DNA of 64,000 bases from Methanoregula sp. (GCA_035515395.1 DATJBJ010000083.1:25-64024), one strand, 5' to 3'. Shown: positions 31,062-41,707, numbered from the stretch's first letter. The notes: a model not told the origin generated them from the sequence alone. Numbers and translations are program-made.

Positions 31062-31451
31062 CTACGTCATACCCTCTTTGTCCTGCTCCGAAAACACTTC
31101 TTTTGCCGCAGCAAGGCCGTTCAGTGCAGCGGGGAAGCCGGCATAGACGCCCATCATCATGATCGTTTCGACGACCTCCTTCCGGGTGATCCCGACGTTG
31201 AGCGCGGCGCGGATGTGCACCCGGAGCTGCGGCCCGGCGGTGCCGAGTGCGGTCAGCGCCGATACGACTGCGATCTCCCGGGACCGGAGGTCGAGGCCTG
31301 ACCGGCTGTAGATATCCCCGAACGCAAATTCGATGACATAGTCCCCGAACTCCGGGGCGATATCCTTCAGGCTCGCGAGGACCTTTTCCCCCGCCTCCCC
31401 GTCGACTTCCTTCAGCTTGTCCCAGCCGCGCTGGTAGCGTTCGCTCTTCAT
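31062..31451 (-). CDS. carboxymuconolactone decarboxylase family protein
   Basis: EFAFGDIYSRSGLDLRSREI, QLRVHIRAALNVG, YAGFPAALN. Confidence 0.9.
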   Translation of the reverse strand: MKSERYQRGWDKLKEVDGEAGEKVLASLKDIAPEFGDYVIEFAFGDIYSRSGLDLRSREIAVVSALTALGTAGPQLRVHIRAALNVGITRKEVVETIMMMGVYAGFPAALNGLAAAKEVFSEQDKEGMT

Positions 31452-31507
31452 AGTACCTTCATCCGGACCGGTATACAAAAAGCCCTTCGGCCGGCCCGCC
31501 AGTCGGT

Positions 31508-32299
31508 TCAGACCAGCAGGCTGCCCGAGTATACGTGCACCGTGTGCCCGCCGAGGATTACCCGGTCTCCCCCGAGCGTGACCCTGACAGTCCCTCCCCG
31601 TGCCGAGCACTGGAACCCCGAGAGTATGGTCTTGTCCAGCTTCTCCCCCCAGTACGGCCCGAGACAGCAGTGTGCCGAGCCGGTGACCGGGTCTTCCGGG
31701 ACGCCGACAGAAGGCGCGAAGAACCGTGAGACGAAGTCGAAATTCGGGAGATCGGAGGCGGCGGTGACGATGATCCCGCGGGCCGGGATGGCTGAGAGTG
31801 CTTCCATGTCTGGTTCGAGACCGCACACGTCGGCAGCCGACTGCAGCTCCACCAGGAGGTCGAACCGGTTCCGGCCGGTAAAGACCGGCTCGGCCCCCAG
31901 CGCTTTGCCAAGGCCCGGGAGCGATACGGAACCGGTGACGGGCTCCGCGGGGAAATCGAGAGTCGTCAAGTCCCCCTCCTTCCGTGCGGTCAGGGTCCCG
32001 GACCGGGTCCTGAAAGCGATGGCATCGTCCGGCTTCTCGCGGCCGGTCGTCCACAGCACGCATGCGGCGGCGAGCGTCGCGTGTCCGCAGAGTTCGATCT
32101 CCTTACGCGGCGTAAACCAGCGCAGGTTCCAGCCCCCGTCGGCAGTATGGAGAAACGCCGTCTCCGAGAGGTTCATCTCGCCGGCAAGCTGCTGCATCCA
32201 CCCGGGATCGGCGGGCCCTTCCAGGACGCAGACCGCGGCGGGGTTCCCGCGGAACGGGGCACGGGTGAACGCATCGACCAGGTGCAGCTCGGTGCTCAT
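31508..32299 (-). CDS. PhzF family isomerase
   Basis: VDAFT..PFRGNPAAV, MNLSETAF, LRWFTP..EIELCGHATLA, EDPVTGSAH. Confidence 0.93.
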   Translation of the reverse strand: MSTELHLVDAFTRAPFRGNPAAVCVLEGPADPGWMQQLAGEMNLSETAFLHTADGGWNLRWFTPRKEIELCGHATLAAACVLWTTGREKPDDAIAFRTRSGTLTARKEGDLTTLDFPAEPVTGSVSLPGLGKALGAEPVFTGRNRFDLLVELQSAADVCGLEPDMEALSAIPARGIIVTAASDLPNFDFVSRFFAPSVGVPEDPVTGSAHCCLGPYWGEKLDKTILSGFQCSARGGTVRVTLGGDRVILGGHTVHVYSGSLLV

Positions 32300-32426
32300 G
32301 AAAGGGAAATAGTGTGCAGGGTCATAAGAATCTGGCGGCAGGAACCGGTCCCGGAACCTGAAAGCCGGGGGATATTCTCAATGAGGAACGCACGGAAGCG
32401 TACGGTCCGGGTGAATTCAGAAAATG

Positions 32427-32655
32427 TGGGGTTGGTGAGATTTGAACTCACGATCGACGGGTCTCTCCGACATGCATCAGTGCTCCAACGGGTCATCATC
32501 CACTAACCCGAAACTCAAGGATTGGAGTTTCTCGACGACCTCACCGGCTGATGCCAGAAAGGTCATGTCAGCAGACCCATTGTTCATCATCTGCGAAGCA
32601 CGAGAACGCAAAGACCGCTGGAGCCCGTCGCCATACCGGGCTAGGCCACAACCCC
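32427..32655 (-). tRNA. trnW: tRNA-Trp(CCA) with 155-nt intron at 37/38 (exons 32618-32655 and 32427-32462)
   Basis: 5' GGGGTTGTGGCCTAGCCCGGTATGGCGACGGGCTCCAG / ACCCGTCGATCGTGAGTTCAAATCTCACCAACCCCA 3'; acceptor, anticodon and T arms pair. Confidence 0.95.
32463..32617 (-). ncRNA. intron-encoded box C/D guide RNA for Cm34 and Cm39 of pre-tRNA-Trp
   Basis: C 32584-32590 ATGATGA, D' 32568-32571 CTGA, C' 32493-32499, D 32477-32480; guides complementary to the pre-tRNA with N+5 at C34 and C39. Confidence 0.88.
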
Positions 32656-32915
32656 GTGCTGCCCGCAAAGGTTTCTCCTTTGCCGACCCACTAAAATCGC
32701 AGTGTACAAACTTAAGAGTTTTGATAACGGGCGGCACACCGGGCATGGGTGGAGGACCCCCTGAAATCCTGGAGCGCCGGCCGCGAATCGCCATGCGTTA
32801 CGGGAATCCGGGCGAAGGTGGCACCCCGTGTCCTTCACCACGAACGGCCCGTACCGCACCACTGCCCGGAATAAAATCATCACCAATATATTGTCCGGTG
32901 CCTTATCTTTACACG

Positions 32916-34616
32916 ATGGTCGAGGGCAGTTATACATGCGGAACGTCGGCAGTACCCCTCCTGGGGATGACGATAGGGGAGATGGTCGACAGCATCGCGT
33001 CGAAATACCCGGAGAGCGAGGCGATCGTATCGGTCCACCAGAATGTCAGGCTTACGTACCGGCAGTTTCTTGAAGAAGTGAACCGGGTCGCCCGGGCCCT
33101 CATGGGTCTCGGTGTCGATAAAGGGGACCGGGTCGGTATCTGGGCGATGAACCATGCCGAATGGGTGATCTTCCAGTTCGCGACCTCCAAGATCGGTGCG
33201 ATTATGGTGAACATCAACCCGGCGTACCGCACCTACGAGCTCGAGTACGTGCTCAAGCAGTCCGAGATCTCGACCCTGCTCGTCCAGGGCCGGTTCAAGA
33301 CCTCGGACTACGTTGGGATGTTCTACGAGGCCTGCCCCGAGGCCTACGAGTCGAAGCCCGGGAAGGTTTCGAGCGAGAAGTTCCCGTTCCTAAAAAATGT
33401 GATCTTCATGGGCGACATCCCCTACAACGGGATGTATACGTGGGATGATTTCCTGAAGAAAGCCGAAGAGATCACGATGGACGAGCTTATCGAGCGGGGC
33501 GAAGGGCTCTCGTTCGATGACCCGATCAATATCCAGTACACGAGCGGCACAACCGGGTTCCCGAAGGGGGTGGTCCTGACCCACCACAGCGTCCTCAACA
33601 ACGGGTTCATCATCGGTGAGGGTATGGGATTTACGGAAAAGGACCGGCTCTGCATCCCCGTCCCTTTCTACCACTGCTTCGGCATGGTCCTTTCCAACCT
33701 CGCCTGCGTCACCCACGGTACGGCGATGGTGCTGCCCTCCCCGGCCTTCGATGCCGAGGAGGTCCTCAAGACTGTCGAGAAGGAACACTGCACGGCACTC
33801 CACGGCGTCCCGACCATGTTCATTGCCGAGCTCACCCACCCGAACTTCCCGAAGTACGATCTGCGGTCACTGCGGACCGGCATCATGGCGGGCTCCCCCT
33901 GCCCGATCGACGTGATGAGGCAGGTCAACACGCAGATGAACATGAGCGAGATCGTGATCGTGTACGGCCAGACCGAGACGGCCCCCGGCGTCACTATGAC
34001 CACGACAAAGGACCCGCTCGAGCGCCGGGTGACGACGGTCGGCAGGGCATTCCCGCACACGGAGCTGAAGATCGTAGACGCGAAAAGCGGGAAGATCGTT
34101 CCGTTCGGCGAGATCGGCGAGATCTGCGCCCGCGGCTACTGTGTCATGAAGTGCTATTACAACAACCCCTCGGCCACCCATGCCACCCTCGACAAAGATC
34201 ACTGGAACCATACCGGGGACCTGGGCACCATGGACGAGGAGGGGTACTTCAAGATCGTTGGCAGGCTCAAGGACATGGTGATCCGCGGGGGGGAGAACAT
34301 CTACCCGCGGGAGATAGAGGAGTACCTCCACCACAACGAGAAGATCTTCGATGTCTACGTGGTTGGCGTCCCGGATATCAAGTACGGCGAGGAGCTCTGC
34401 GCCTGGGTCAAGCTGAAACCGGGCCAGACCATGACCGAACAGGAAGTGAAAGACTTCTGCAAGGGAAAGATCGCCCATTACAAGATCCCGCGGTATGTCA
34501 TGTTCGTGGATGACTTCCCGATCACGATCTCCGGCAAGATCCAGAAGTTCAGGATGCGGGACGAGTCGATCAAAGTTCTCGGACTCGAAGAGGCATCCAA
34601 AGTCGAGACCGCATAA
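32916..34616 (+). CDS. AMP-dependent acyl-CoA synthetase (ACSF2/YngI-like)
   Basis: [45 protein letters not shown]. Confidence 0.93.
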   Translation: MVEGSYTCGTSAVPLLGMTIGEMVDSIASKYPESEAIVSVHQNVRLTYRQFLEEVNRVARALMGLGVDKGDRVGIWAMNHAEWVIFQFATSKIGAIMVNINPAYRTYELEYVLKQSEISTLLVQGRFKTSDYVGMFYEACPEAYESKPGKVSSEKFPFLKNVIFMGDIPYNGMYTWDDFLKKAEEITMDELIERGEGLSFDDPINIQYTSGTTGFPKGVVLTHHSVLNNGFIIGEGMGFTEKDRLCIPVPFYHCFGMVLSNLACVTHGTAMVLPSPAFDAEEVLKTVEKEHCTALHGVPTMFIAELTHPNFPKYDLRSLRTGIMAGSPCPIDVMRQVNTQMNMSEIVIVYGQTETAPGVTMTTTKDPLERRVTTVGRAFPHTELKIVDAKSGKIVPFGEIGEICARGYCVMKCYYNNPSATHATLDKDHWNHTGDLGTMDEEGYFKIVGRLKDMVIRGGENIYPREIEEYLHHNEKIFDVYVVGVPDIKYGEELCAWVKLKPGQTMTEQEVKDFCKGKIAHYKIPRYVMFVDDFPITISGKIQKFRMRDESIKVLGLEEASKVETA

Positions 34617-34877
34617 ATTCCCTGCATTTCTTTTCCTGTTCCGTAACGGTGCGGGAAAGCGGCGTGCTGTTCCCGCCGGATAACCGGTACGACGCCGCAA
34701 AAATACGTGACCCGGGACAGCATTGCCCCCGGCCCCAGGGGGAACTGCCACCGGCAGGTTCCGGCAGGGAAATCCGTTGCCGCAGCAGCGGACAAATCCT
34801 TCCGCTGGTCAGGGTGGAATGATCCTTCCTGCCAAATACAACAGGTTAATGACCCGGCATCACGATCATAACTATGC

Positions 34878-36005
34878 ATGCAGGTCGAACGGTTCACCGC
34901 TGATTCCGCGGCAGAGCTCGGGAGCAGGCTCCGCGACCTGAAAAAACGCTTTTCCCCGACGCTTGCCATCGTTTTCTCCTCGCCGTTCCTGGACATTGCG
35001 GAGTGTGCCGAGGCCGTTAAGGAATGCGGCTGCCCGGTATTCGGGTCATCGACTGACGGGGAGATCCTCCCGGGCACGGGCGGCACACCGATCTTCGAAC
35101 AGTCGGCCGTCTGCTGCCTCCTCGATCCCGACCCTTCGGCCTTCGCGGTCCGCCTCTTCCCGCGGGGAGAGCTCTCTTCCTTCGAACTTGGCAGGCAGGC
35201 CGGAAGCTGGGGGGCGGCCCGGTTCAAGCGTCCGGTTTTTATCATCGCGGTATCCGGCCTGGCCAACGATTCCGAAGCGATTATCCGGGGGATACAGCAG
35301 CACGCCCCTCAGGGAGCGACGATCGCGGGCGGTATCGCAGGCGACGACAACGCGTTCGAGAAGACGTTCAGCTTCTCCCACGAAGGGCTGACCGACGATG
35401 GCATCGTAGCGATGGTCATGGACAGCGACCGGATCTCCCTTTCCAGTTTCACGACAAGCGGGTGGAAGGGCGTCGGGGTGGAGATGACGGTCACGTCCTC
35501 CTCGGGCAACGAGGTCCGGTCGATCGACGGCAGGAAACCGGTCGATCTGGTGGCTGAGTACCTCAATATCCGCAAGGAGGATATCATCGCGACTGCGCTC
35601 AGTTTCCCGATGCTCGTCCGGAAACCCGCCGGCAGAGAGGTGCTCAGGACTGCCCTCTCGGCCGATCTCGGTTCCGGTTCCCTGACGTATGCGGGGAGCG
35701 TTCCGGAAGGCTCGAAGATCCGGTTCTCCAGTTCGTTCGGTTTCGAGACCGTCGAGGCCACGATCCGCGATCTGGAGGAATATCACGCAAAGAATCCCGG
35801 TGCCGACCTGGTAATCCTTTTCGACTGCTGCGCCCGGCACCAGGCCGCGGGCAACCGGATCATCGACGAGATCAGCGCCATTGCCGATCTCTGGAAGGCA
35901 CCGCTCGTCGGTTTCTTCACGTATGGCGAGATCGGGCACACGCGCGACGGCGCGTGCGATGTATTCAACGAGACGCTCTCGCTCGCGCTTTTAAAATTCA
36001 CGTGA
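34878..36005 (+). CDS. FIST_N/FIST_C sensory domain protein
   Basis: FGSSTDGEI, GGIAGDD, GWKGVG..TVTSSSGNEVRSIDG, FDCCAR, GFFTYGEIG, FNET. Confidence 0.9.
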   Translation: MQVERFTADSAAELGSRLRDLKKRFSPTLAIVFSSPFLDIAECAEAVKECGCPVFGSSTDGEILPGTGGTPIFEQSAVCCLLDPDPSAFAVRLFPRGELSSFELGRQAGSWGAARFKRPVFIIAVSGLANDSEAIIRGIQQHAPQGATIAGGIAGDDNAFEKTFSFSHEGLTDDGIVAMVMDSDRISLSSFTTSGWKGVGVEMTVTSSSGNEVRSIDGRKPVDLVAEYLNIRKEDIIATALSFPMLVRKPAGREVLRTALSADLGSGSLTYAGSVPEGSKIRFSSSFGFETVEATIRDLEEYHAKNPGADLVILFDCCARHQAAGNRIIDEISAIADLWKAPLVGFFTYGEIGHTRDGACDVFNETLSLALLKFT

Positions 36006-36011
36006 CACCCC

Positions 36012-38354
36012 ATGGACCAGTTTGAGGAGCTCAGGAACCTGATCGCGCCGGCCCTTCCGCACCTCGGAAAACCGGAGGCAGACAAGATCGGGAGGATCCT
36101 CCAGCGGCTCGGGAAAATATCCGCGCTTCAGGAAAAGAAGCTCGACCGGGCAATAAAAGATCGCCAGGCCGTGCACTCACTCATGAAGAAGACGTCGGAC
36201 GACCTCTTCAGGCGGTACCAGACCATCTTCGAGCATGCCGGTAATCCGATGGTCGTTATCGAAAACGATGGGACCATAACACTGGCAAACAGCCATTTCT
36301 GCGATATAATCGGCGAGGACCGGCTTGCGGTGGAAAGCAAACGGAATATCTTCGACTATCTCAGCGGTACCTGCTGCGATCCTCTCCTTGCGGGGGCGGG
36401 GCTTGAAAACAGTTCGGCTGCCGATCTCCCGGAAACTTCTTCCGGCCGGATCCTCCTCCCCGGTGGCGGGGGAGTTGACGTCCTCATCGGGATGGGTTCG
36501 TTTCCGGGAAGTCCCCAGCGGATCATCACCTTCGTGGATATCAGCGACCGGCTCAGGCTGGAGCAGCAGCTGGTGGATACTTCCAACTTCCTCTCCGGCA
36601 TTCTCAAGGCCTCCCCGGTAGGCTTCCACATGACGGATCCCGAAGGAAAACTCGTATATGTCAACGACACCTGGACCAGGATAACCGGGTACCCGTCGGC
36701 CGCGGTCCTGGGAAAATATTACGCCGATACGATCTGTCCCGGTGACATGGATCGGGTCGTGGAAGGGGTGCGGGAGAGCGCGCTCAGAAAGGAGCCTATG
36801 ACGATCGAGACCCGGATCGTGAAACCGGACGGGACGATCCGCTGGATCTACGGCCACGCGGTGCCGGTGGAGGGTCCGGACGGCCGGCTGAACGGCTGGG
36901 TCGGTGCCATCAGCGACATCACCGAGCGGAGGGCGATTGCAGAGGAGCTCCGGAAAAGCGAGACCCGGTTCCGGGAGATGGCCGACCTTCTCCCGCAGGT
37001 CATCTTTGAGATGGACGGGAACGGGCGGTTGACCTATGTCAACAGGTTCGGCATGGATTTATTCGGCCTTACCGAGGACCGGCTCCTCAAAGGCACGGAC
37101 GCATTCTCCCTGATCCTCCCTGCAGACCGGGAACGGGCAGTGCGGCGGCTCCGGTCCACGGTCTCCGGCAGCTCGGGTACGCGCGATATCTATGCCGTGA
37201 AGAGGAAGGACGGGAGCAGCATGCTTGCGTACATCCACGCGGCCCCTGTCATGAAAGACGGCGTGCTGCAGGGTTTCCGGGGAAGCGTCATCGACATAAC
37301 GGAGCTCAAACGCATCGAGTCCGATCTCCGCGAGAGGGAGGAGACATTCAAAGCCCTGACGGAGAACATACCCGACCTCATCTTCTCGGCCGGCGAGGAC
37401 GGTGTTGTCACGTACGTCTCGCCGCAGGTGCGCCATTACGGGTTTTCCGCAGAGGAGATTATCGGGAAGGAGATATTCGGATTTATCTATCCGGCAGACA
37501 GGGACGAAGCCCGCCGGCGGGTCGGAGAGGAACTCCGCACGTCTTCCCGCTCGACCTCGGTGTACCGCATCGCCGACCGGGACGAAGGCATCCACTGGGT
37601 CGAGCAGAAGATCACGCTGATCCGCGACGAAGCCGGACACCCCACCATGTTTGGCATACTCCACGATATCACCGAACGGAAAAAGGCGGAGGCAGCGATT
37701 GAACTCGCGAACCGGAAACTGAACCTGATGAACAACATCACCCGCCACGATATCCTCAACACCATAACCGGGATCTTCGGCCTCATCGACATGCTCCGGG
37801 CTGAAGGGCAGCAGGAGGGGGACGACCAGCTCCTCGCTGAGATCCGGGAACAGGCGAGAGTCATCCAGCGGCAGATCGCCTTCACCAAGGAGTACCAGGA
37901 AGTCGGCATCCGGATGCCCCAGTGGCAGAATGTCCGGGCCGTGATCACAAAAGTGCTTCCGAACTTTGAGAAATCCCCGTTCGCCATCTCCGTGCAGATC
38001 GGGGACACGGAGGTCTACGCAGATCCGCTCTTCGAGAAGGTGATCTACAACCTCCTCGACAACGCGGTCCGTTACGCGGAAGGCGCAACCCGCCTCACCT
38101 TTTCGAGCAGGCGATCCGACAAACTTCTCGTCTTTCTCTGCGAGGATGACGGTGCAGGTGTTCCGGAGGACCAGAAACAGCGCATCTTCGAGCGCGGAAT
38201 CGGCAGGAATACCGGGATGGGGCTTTTCCTTACCCGCGAGATCCTCGAGATAACGGGAATTTCGATCAACGAGACCGGCATCCCGGGAAAGGGGGCGCGG
38301 TTCGAGATCTCCGTGCCGGTCGGCAGTTTCCGGGAATCGGGGCACATTCCCTGA
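36012..38354 (+). CDS. multi-PAS sensor histidine kinase
   Basis: four PAS/PAC domains; H-box TRHDILN, NLLDNAVRY, EDDGAG, GMGLFL, GKGARF. Confidence 0.93.
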   Translation: MDQFEELRNLIAPALPHLGKPEADKIGRILQRLGKISALQEKKLDRAIKDRQAVHSLMKKTSDDLFRRYQTIFEHAGNPMVVIENDGTITLANSHFCDIIGEDRLAVESKRNIFDYLSGTCCDPLLAGAGLENSSAADLPETSSGRILLPGGGGVDVLIGMGSFPGSPQRIITFVDISDRLRLEQQLVDTSNFLSGILKASPVGFHMTDPEGKLVYVNDTWTRITGYPSAAVLGKYYADTICPGDMDRVVEGVRESALRKEPMTIETRIVKPDGTIRWIYGHAVPVEGPDGRLNGWVGAISDITERRAIAEELRKSETRFREMADLLPQVIFEMDGNGRLTYVNRFGMDLFGLTEDRLLKGTDAFSLILPADRERAVRRLRSTVSGSSGTRDIYAVKRKDGSSMLAYIHAAPVMKDGVLQGFRGSVIDITELKRIESDLREREETFKALTENIPDLIFSAGEDGVVTYVSPQVRHYGFSAEEIIGKEIFGFIYPADRDEARRRVGEELRTSSRSTSVYRIADRDEGIHWVEQKITLIRDEAGHPTMFGILHDITERKKAEAAIELANRKLNLMNNITRHDILNTITGIFGLIDMLRAEGQQEGDDQLLAEIREQARVIQRQIAFTKEYQEVGIRMPQWQNVRAVITKVLPNFEKSPFAISVQIGDTEVYADPLFEKVIYNLLDNAVRYAEGATRLTFSSRRSDKLLVFLCEDDGAGVPEDQKQRIFERGIGRNTGMGLFLTREILEITGISINETGIPGKGARFEISVPVGSFRESGHIP

Positions 38355-38579
38355 TCTCGTCCTGTCGGGAACTCCGGCCGGAATCCTGCGTCCCTGTGCC
38401 GGAATACACGTTATTTCCGGCAATACGGTATCGCACCGGTCTTCCGGTGTCCGTTCCGGAAGCGTCGGCTCCGTCCGGCAGTGCTGCCGTCAGTAAAAAC
38501 CGGGGAGCAATGGCGTTGTTTGAATTATTCCGGTTTCCTGACCCTATTTTTTATATATTTTTACAGGTAATTCTCAATA

Positions 38580-38810
38580 ATGCCAAGGGGTCGCCCGAAA
38601 AAACTGAGTAATTATGAACAGATGAAGGCAAAAAAGATCAGGAACGTCCTCTCAGAAAAGAACATCAGCAGGTTTGACCGGATGAATGATTCGAACCTGC
38701 TTGATACCATCCATGTGGATTCGGGCGGAAAAATTTTCGTGAGCTTCGATTTTCACGACGGCTGCCTCCAGGGAATCTGCAGGGTGGTCAACGATTTTGC
38801 CGCGAAGTGA
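38580..38810 (+). CDS. small hypothetical protein with N-terminal AT-hook-like motif
   Basis: MPRGRPKK; TTTATATA about 25 nt upstream (leaderless). Confidence 0.65.
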   Translation: MPRGRPKKLSNYEQMKAKKIRNVLSEKNISRFDRMNDSNLLDTIHVDSGGKIFVSFDFHDGCLQGICRVVNDFAAK

Positions 38811-39056
38811 ACCACCGGAAAACCCGTTTTTTTATCCTGCGGTTGCAGGCTGCATCCAGATTTCTTTTTAGGGAATCCTCCAGCGGGACACCGTCCCGGG
38901 CAGGATCGCGGGAGGGGTCGTTCAAGGCAGCCGCCGCGCATGATTGCACCGGCGCAGATCTGCCGACGGTGTTTCTGCCAGGATGCTGTTTCCATTACCT
39001 TTAATTCGGAGAACGCTCCAAGTATACAGGCATAAGTACATCGAAGTGATACGACG

Positions 39057-39305
39057 ATGAATTTTGGAAATCTTGCAGGATTGGGCGGGGCCGCGGCCAG
39101 TTACCTTTCGACCCCGGAAGGACAGGAAGCAGTGAAAAAGTACCTCACATCGCCGGAAGGGATACAGCTCCTCCAGAGCTTTGCAATGACGCCCGACGGT
39201 CAGAAAGTGATTTCGGGCATCCTCCCGCAGGTGCTCGGAGGGGCCAACCTCCCCCCCGGTGTCCTCGACATGATCAAGGGTGCTCTTGGAGGCCAGTCCC
39301 CGTAG
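39057..39305 (+). CDS. small hypothetical protein with three 13-aa [ST]P[ED]G repeats
   Basis: YLSTPEGQ / YLTSPEGI / FAMTPDGQ; natural codon usage; T-rich terminator after. Confidence 0.75.
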   Translation: MNFGNLAGLGGAAASYLSTPEGQEAVKKYLTSPEGIQLLQSFAMTPDGQKVISGILPQVLGGANLPPGVLDMIKGALGGQSP

Positions 39306-39422
39306 GGGCGGTACTCTCCCATTCTTTTTTTTACAGCGCCTGACGGCCCTTTCTCAACGAAAAAATTGACCTGTACTCCCCTGTACCGGCGAACCGCGTA
39401 CTCCTGAACGGGGATGGGCGCA

Positions 39423-40094
39423 TTAATACCCAAGTGCTTCCCTGACGATAATGACCGTCGTCCGGTCCGGGTTCCTTTCTCCCGCAAGGATGACGCATTT
39501 CCCGATCATGCTCGGGGTCCCGTATGCCCTGAGGGACCGTGCATTTTCCAGCGGATAGGCATATTGGCGGACACGTTCGAGGGCATCGTGGAGGGTAGGG
39601 ACGATCTTGTTGGCCCCCACGACGATAATGAGCCTGCCGGCCCCGTACGGCCATGCCCCCACCCGGCTGCCGCTTGCATCGCAGGCGACGATCTCTCCGG
39701 TTGCGGCCACGGCGTTAGCCGACGAGAGGAAATAGTCCGCGGTGATCGAATGGCGCCTCAGTTCGTTTCGCCTCTTCTCGTCGTCCTCTGCAAATACCCT
39801 CTCCCGGATGCTCACCCACCCATGCTCTTCCTCGGCCACATAATTTTCAAAGCCGATTTCAGTGAGCGTAGTCGATGAGCCGCTCATGACCGTCGAACCT
39901 TTCGGGATCATCTTCCTGACAAGGGCGAGGGCTTCATCGCCGTTCTCCGCCAGCACGGCCTTCATCGCCCTCCGCTCGATCTCCCTCCTGGTTCTCTCCA
40001 GCAGTTCGGGAGAAGGCATCCTGTTCCATCTCTTCTGGTCGACCCCGGCAACTTCGACAAAATGACTGGCGCTGTACTGGGTATCCCGTGCCAT
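39423..40094 (-). CDS. LUD domain (YkgG/lactate utilization) protein
   Basis: SGSSTTL.EIG, ADYFLSSANAV..TGEIV..D.SGSRV, VVGANKIV. Confidence 0.88.
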   Translation of the reverse strand: MARDTQYSASHFVEVAGVDQKRWNRMPSPELLERTRREIERRAMKAVLAENGDEALALVRKMIPKGSTVMSGSSTTLTEIGFENYVAEEEHGWVSIRERVFAEDDEKRRNELRRHSITADYFLSSANAVAATGEIVACDASGSRVGAWPYGAGRLIIVVGANKIVPTLHDALERVRQYAYPLENARSLRAYGTPSMIGKCVILAGERNPDRTTVIIVREALGY

Positions 40095-40342
40095 GTTAAG
40101 CATCAGCTCTGCCGTTACCCCCTGTTGCTATAAAAAAATGCGGGTGCCGCCGCCAGTCCCGGTGCAGCGGCTCTTACCGCAACGAAGCGCCCCGAAACCG
40201 GTATGGGGACGGTACATCCGCATCCACCAGGAACGGCCCGATACACAATTGTTAACAATTGTCGCCGGGCGAACCCTGAAATAGGTGGCGCCCCATGTTT
40301 AGTTGGAGGATCCGGGCGGGAAAATGCCCGGCAGAGAAGATT

Positions 40343-41065
40343 ATGGAAGAGGTAAAAATTCCCCTGCATTACGTGGAATCGGCGGAAACCCTGAAAAAAT
40401 ACCTGAAGCTCGACGGTTCCCCGGTAGCGATACGGTTTGCCGCGAAAAAAGAGGAGATCCCAGCAGGGATGCCCGAGATCGAGAAGACAATCCGGCACTG
40501 CGCGATGATCGGCCTCGCCCGACGGGAAGGGAAGATCTTCTACGCCACCGCTGCAAAGCACGAATGCAACGGCGGCGCGTGGGCGCTCGGCCTGAAAGAG
40601 CTGACCGAGACCTTAAAGACCGGCGAATTCTATTACCGGCTCGGGAAGTTCGAGAGCTCCGCCGCCTGCAAGCGGACCATCGGCCGGGTAGTGCACCTCG
40701 ACCCGGGCGATACGTACGCGACGATGTATGCCCCCCTTGAAAAGGCGCCGTTCACTCCCCAGGTGGTCGTCATCGTCACGAACCCATGGAGCATGCTCAA
40801 GCTCGCGCAGAGCACCCTCTTCCGCATGGGAGGGAGGATAGAAGCTGAATTTTCCGGGATCCAGTCTGTCTGCTCCGACGCGTGCGCCCAGACGTACCTT
40901 ACCGGGAAGGTGAACTTCTCGCTCGGCTGCGACGGGTCGCGGAAATACTCGGGGATCGAGGACTCCGAGCTTGTTATGGGCATCCCGGCGGAGCTCCTTC
41001 CCGAGATCGTTGAATCGCTCAGGGTCATCGCCGCAGCGCCGGGCACAAAACCGGGGGCAAAATAA
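40343..41065 (+). CDS. DUF169 family protein
   Basis: LKLDGSPVAI, RHCAMI..AR, C.GGA.ALG, GIQSVCSD, SLGCDGSR. Confidence 0.9.
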   Translation: MEEVKIPLHYVESAETLKKYLKLDGSPVAIRFAAKKEEIPAGMPEIEKTIRHCAMIGLARREGKIFYATAAKHECNGGAWALGLKELTETLKTGEFYYRLGKFESSAACKRTIGRVVHLDPGDTYATMYAPLEKAPFTPQVVVIVTNPWSMLKLAQSTLFRMGGRIEAEFSGIQSVCSDACAQTYLTGKVNFSLGCDGSRKYSGIEDSELVMGIPAELLPEIVESLRVIAAAPGTKPGAK

Positions 41066-41359
41066 TCAAACCCCCGCTCTTTTTGCCGGGTGGTTCCGGA
41101 TACCGGGTCCCGGCGGGTCTTCCGAACATGTCCCGTGCCAGCGCGCCGTAATGTCGGGGAAAACGACCTGTACCAACGTGCGGGAATTCCTCAAAAATCA
41201 AAGGGCACCCGGGACGCAGATCCAGTATCGTGGAAAAATGCTATTTTCGATCCGGGAGGGGCGGGTTTTTCTCAAAAAAAACCGGAAATTCCGACACCCT
41301 ATACAGTTTTTACCACTCCTTGTATAATTTTTAATACCGGGATGATCCAATCCCTATCA

Positions 41360-41707
41360 ATGGAGAGCACGCCTAAAGACCAGATACTCCGTCCCTGGGT
41401 CTTCTTTCTTCTCATCATCCTCACCGCACTCCTGTGGGCTACGTTCCTCATGACCCGGGGCGAGATGCTGGAAGTGAGCGTCGCGCTCGCGATTATCGCC
41501 ACATTCATGTCCTCGTTTGCCTTCACGTTCACCCATAAACTCCGGCCCTACATTTACCTGAACCTGATCATCTTCGCGGCAGTCCTCTGGGCCACCTTCC
41601 TCCTGATCCAGGGTGCCATGATAACCGTGAGCCTCTTCATGTACGCCGTTGCGGGGTGCATCAACATCTTCGCGTTTCTCTGGGTGGAGGAAGAAAGCCC
41701 GGTATAA
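41360..41707 (+). CDS. 4-TM membrane protein, paralog A
   Basis: IILTALLWATFLMTRGEM; TTTTAATA about 24 nt upstream. Confidence 0.8.
   Translation: MESTPKDQILRPWVFFLLIILTALLWATFLMTRGEMLEVSVALAIIATFMSSFAFTFTHKLRPYIYLNLIIFAAVLWATFLLIQGAMITVSLFMYAVAGCINIFAFLWVEEESPV

Noticed and set aside
32427-32462. Integrative island anchored at the tRNA-Trp 3' end
   Set aside because: No duplicated tRNA 3' fragment or integrase seen in the window
32442-32915. 158-aa N-terminal extension of the acyl-CoA synthetase in the ORF track
   Set aside because: Overlaps the tRNA gene on the opposite strand; the likely start is ATG 32916
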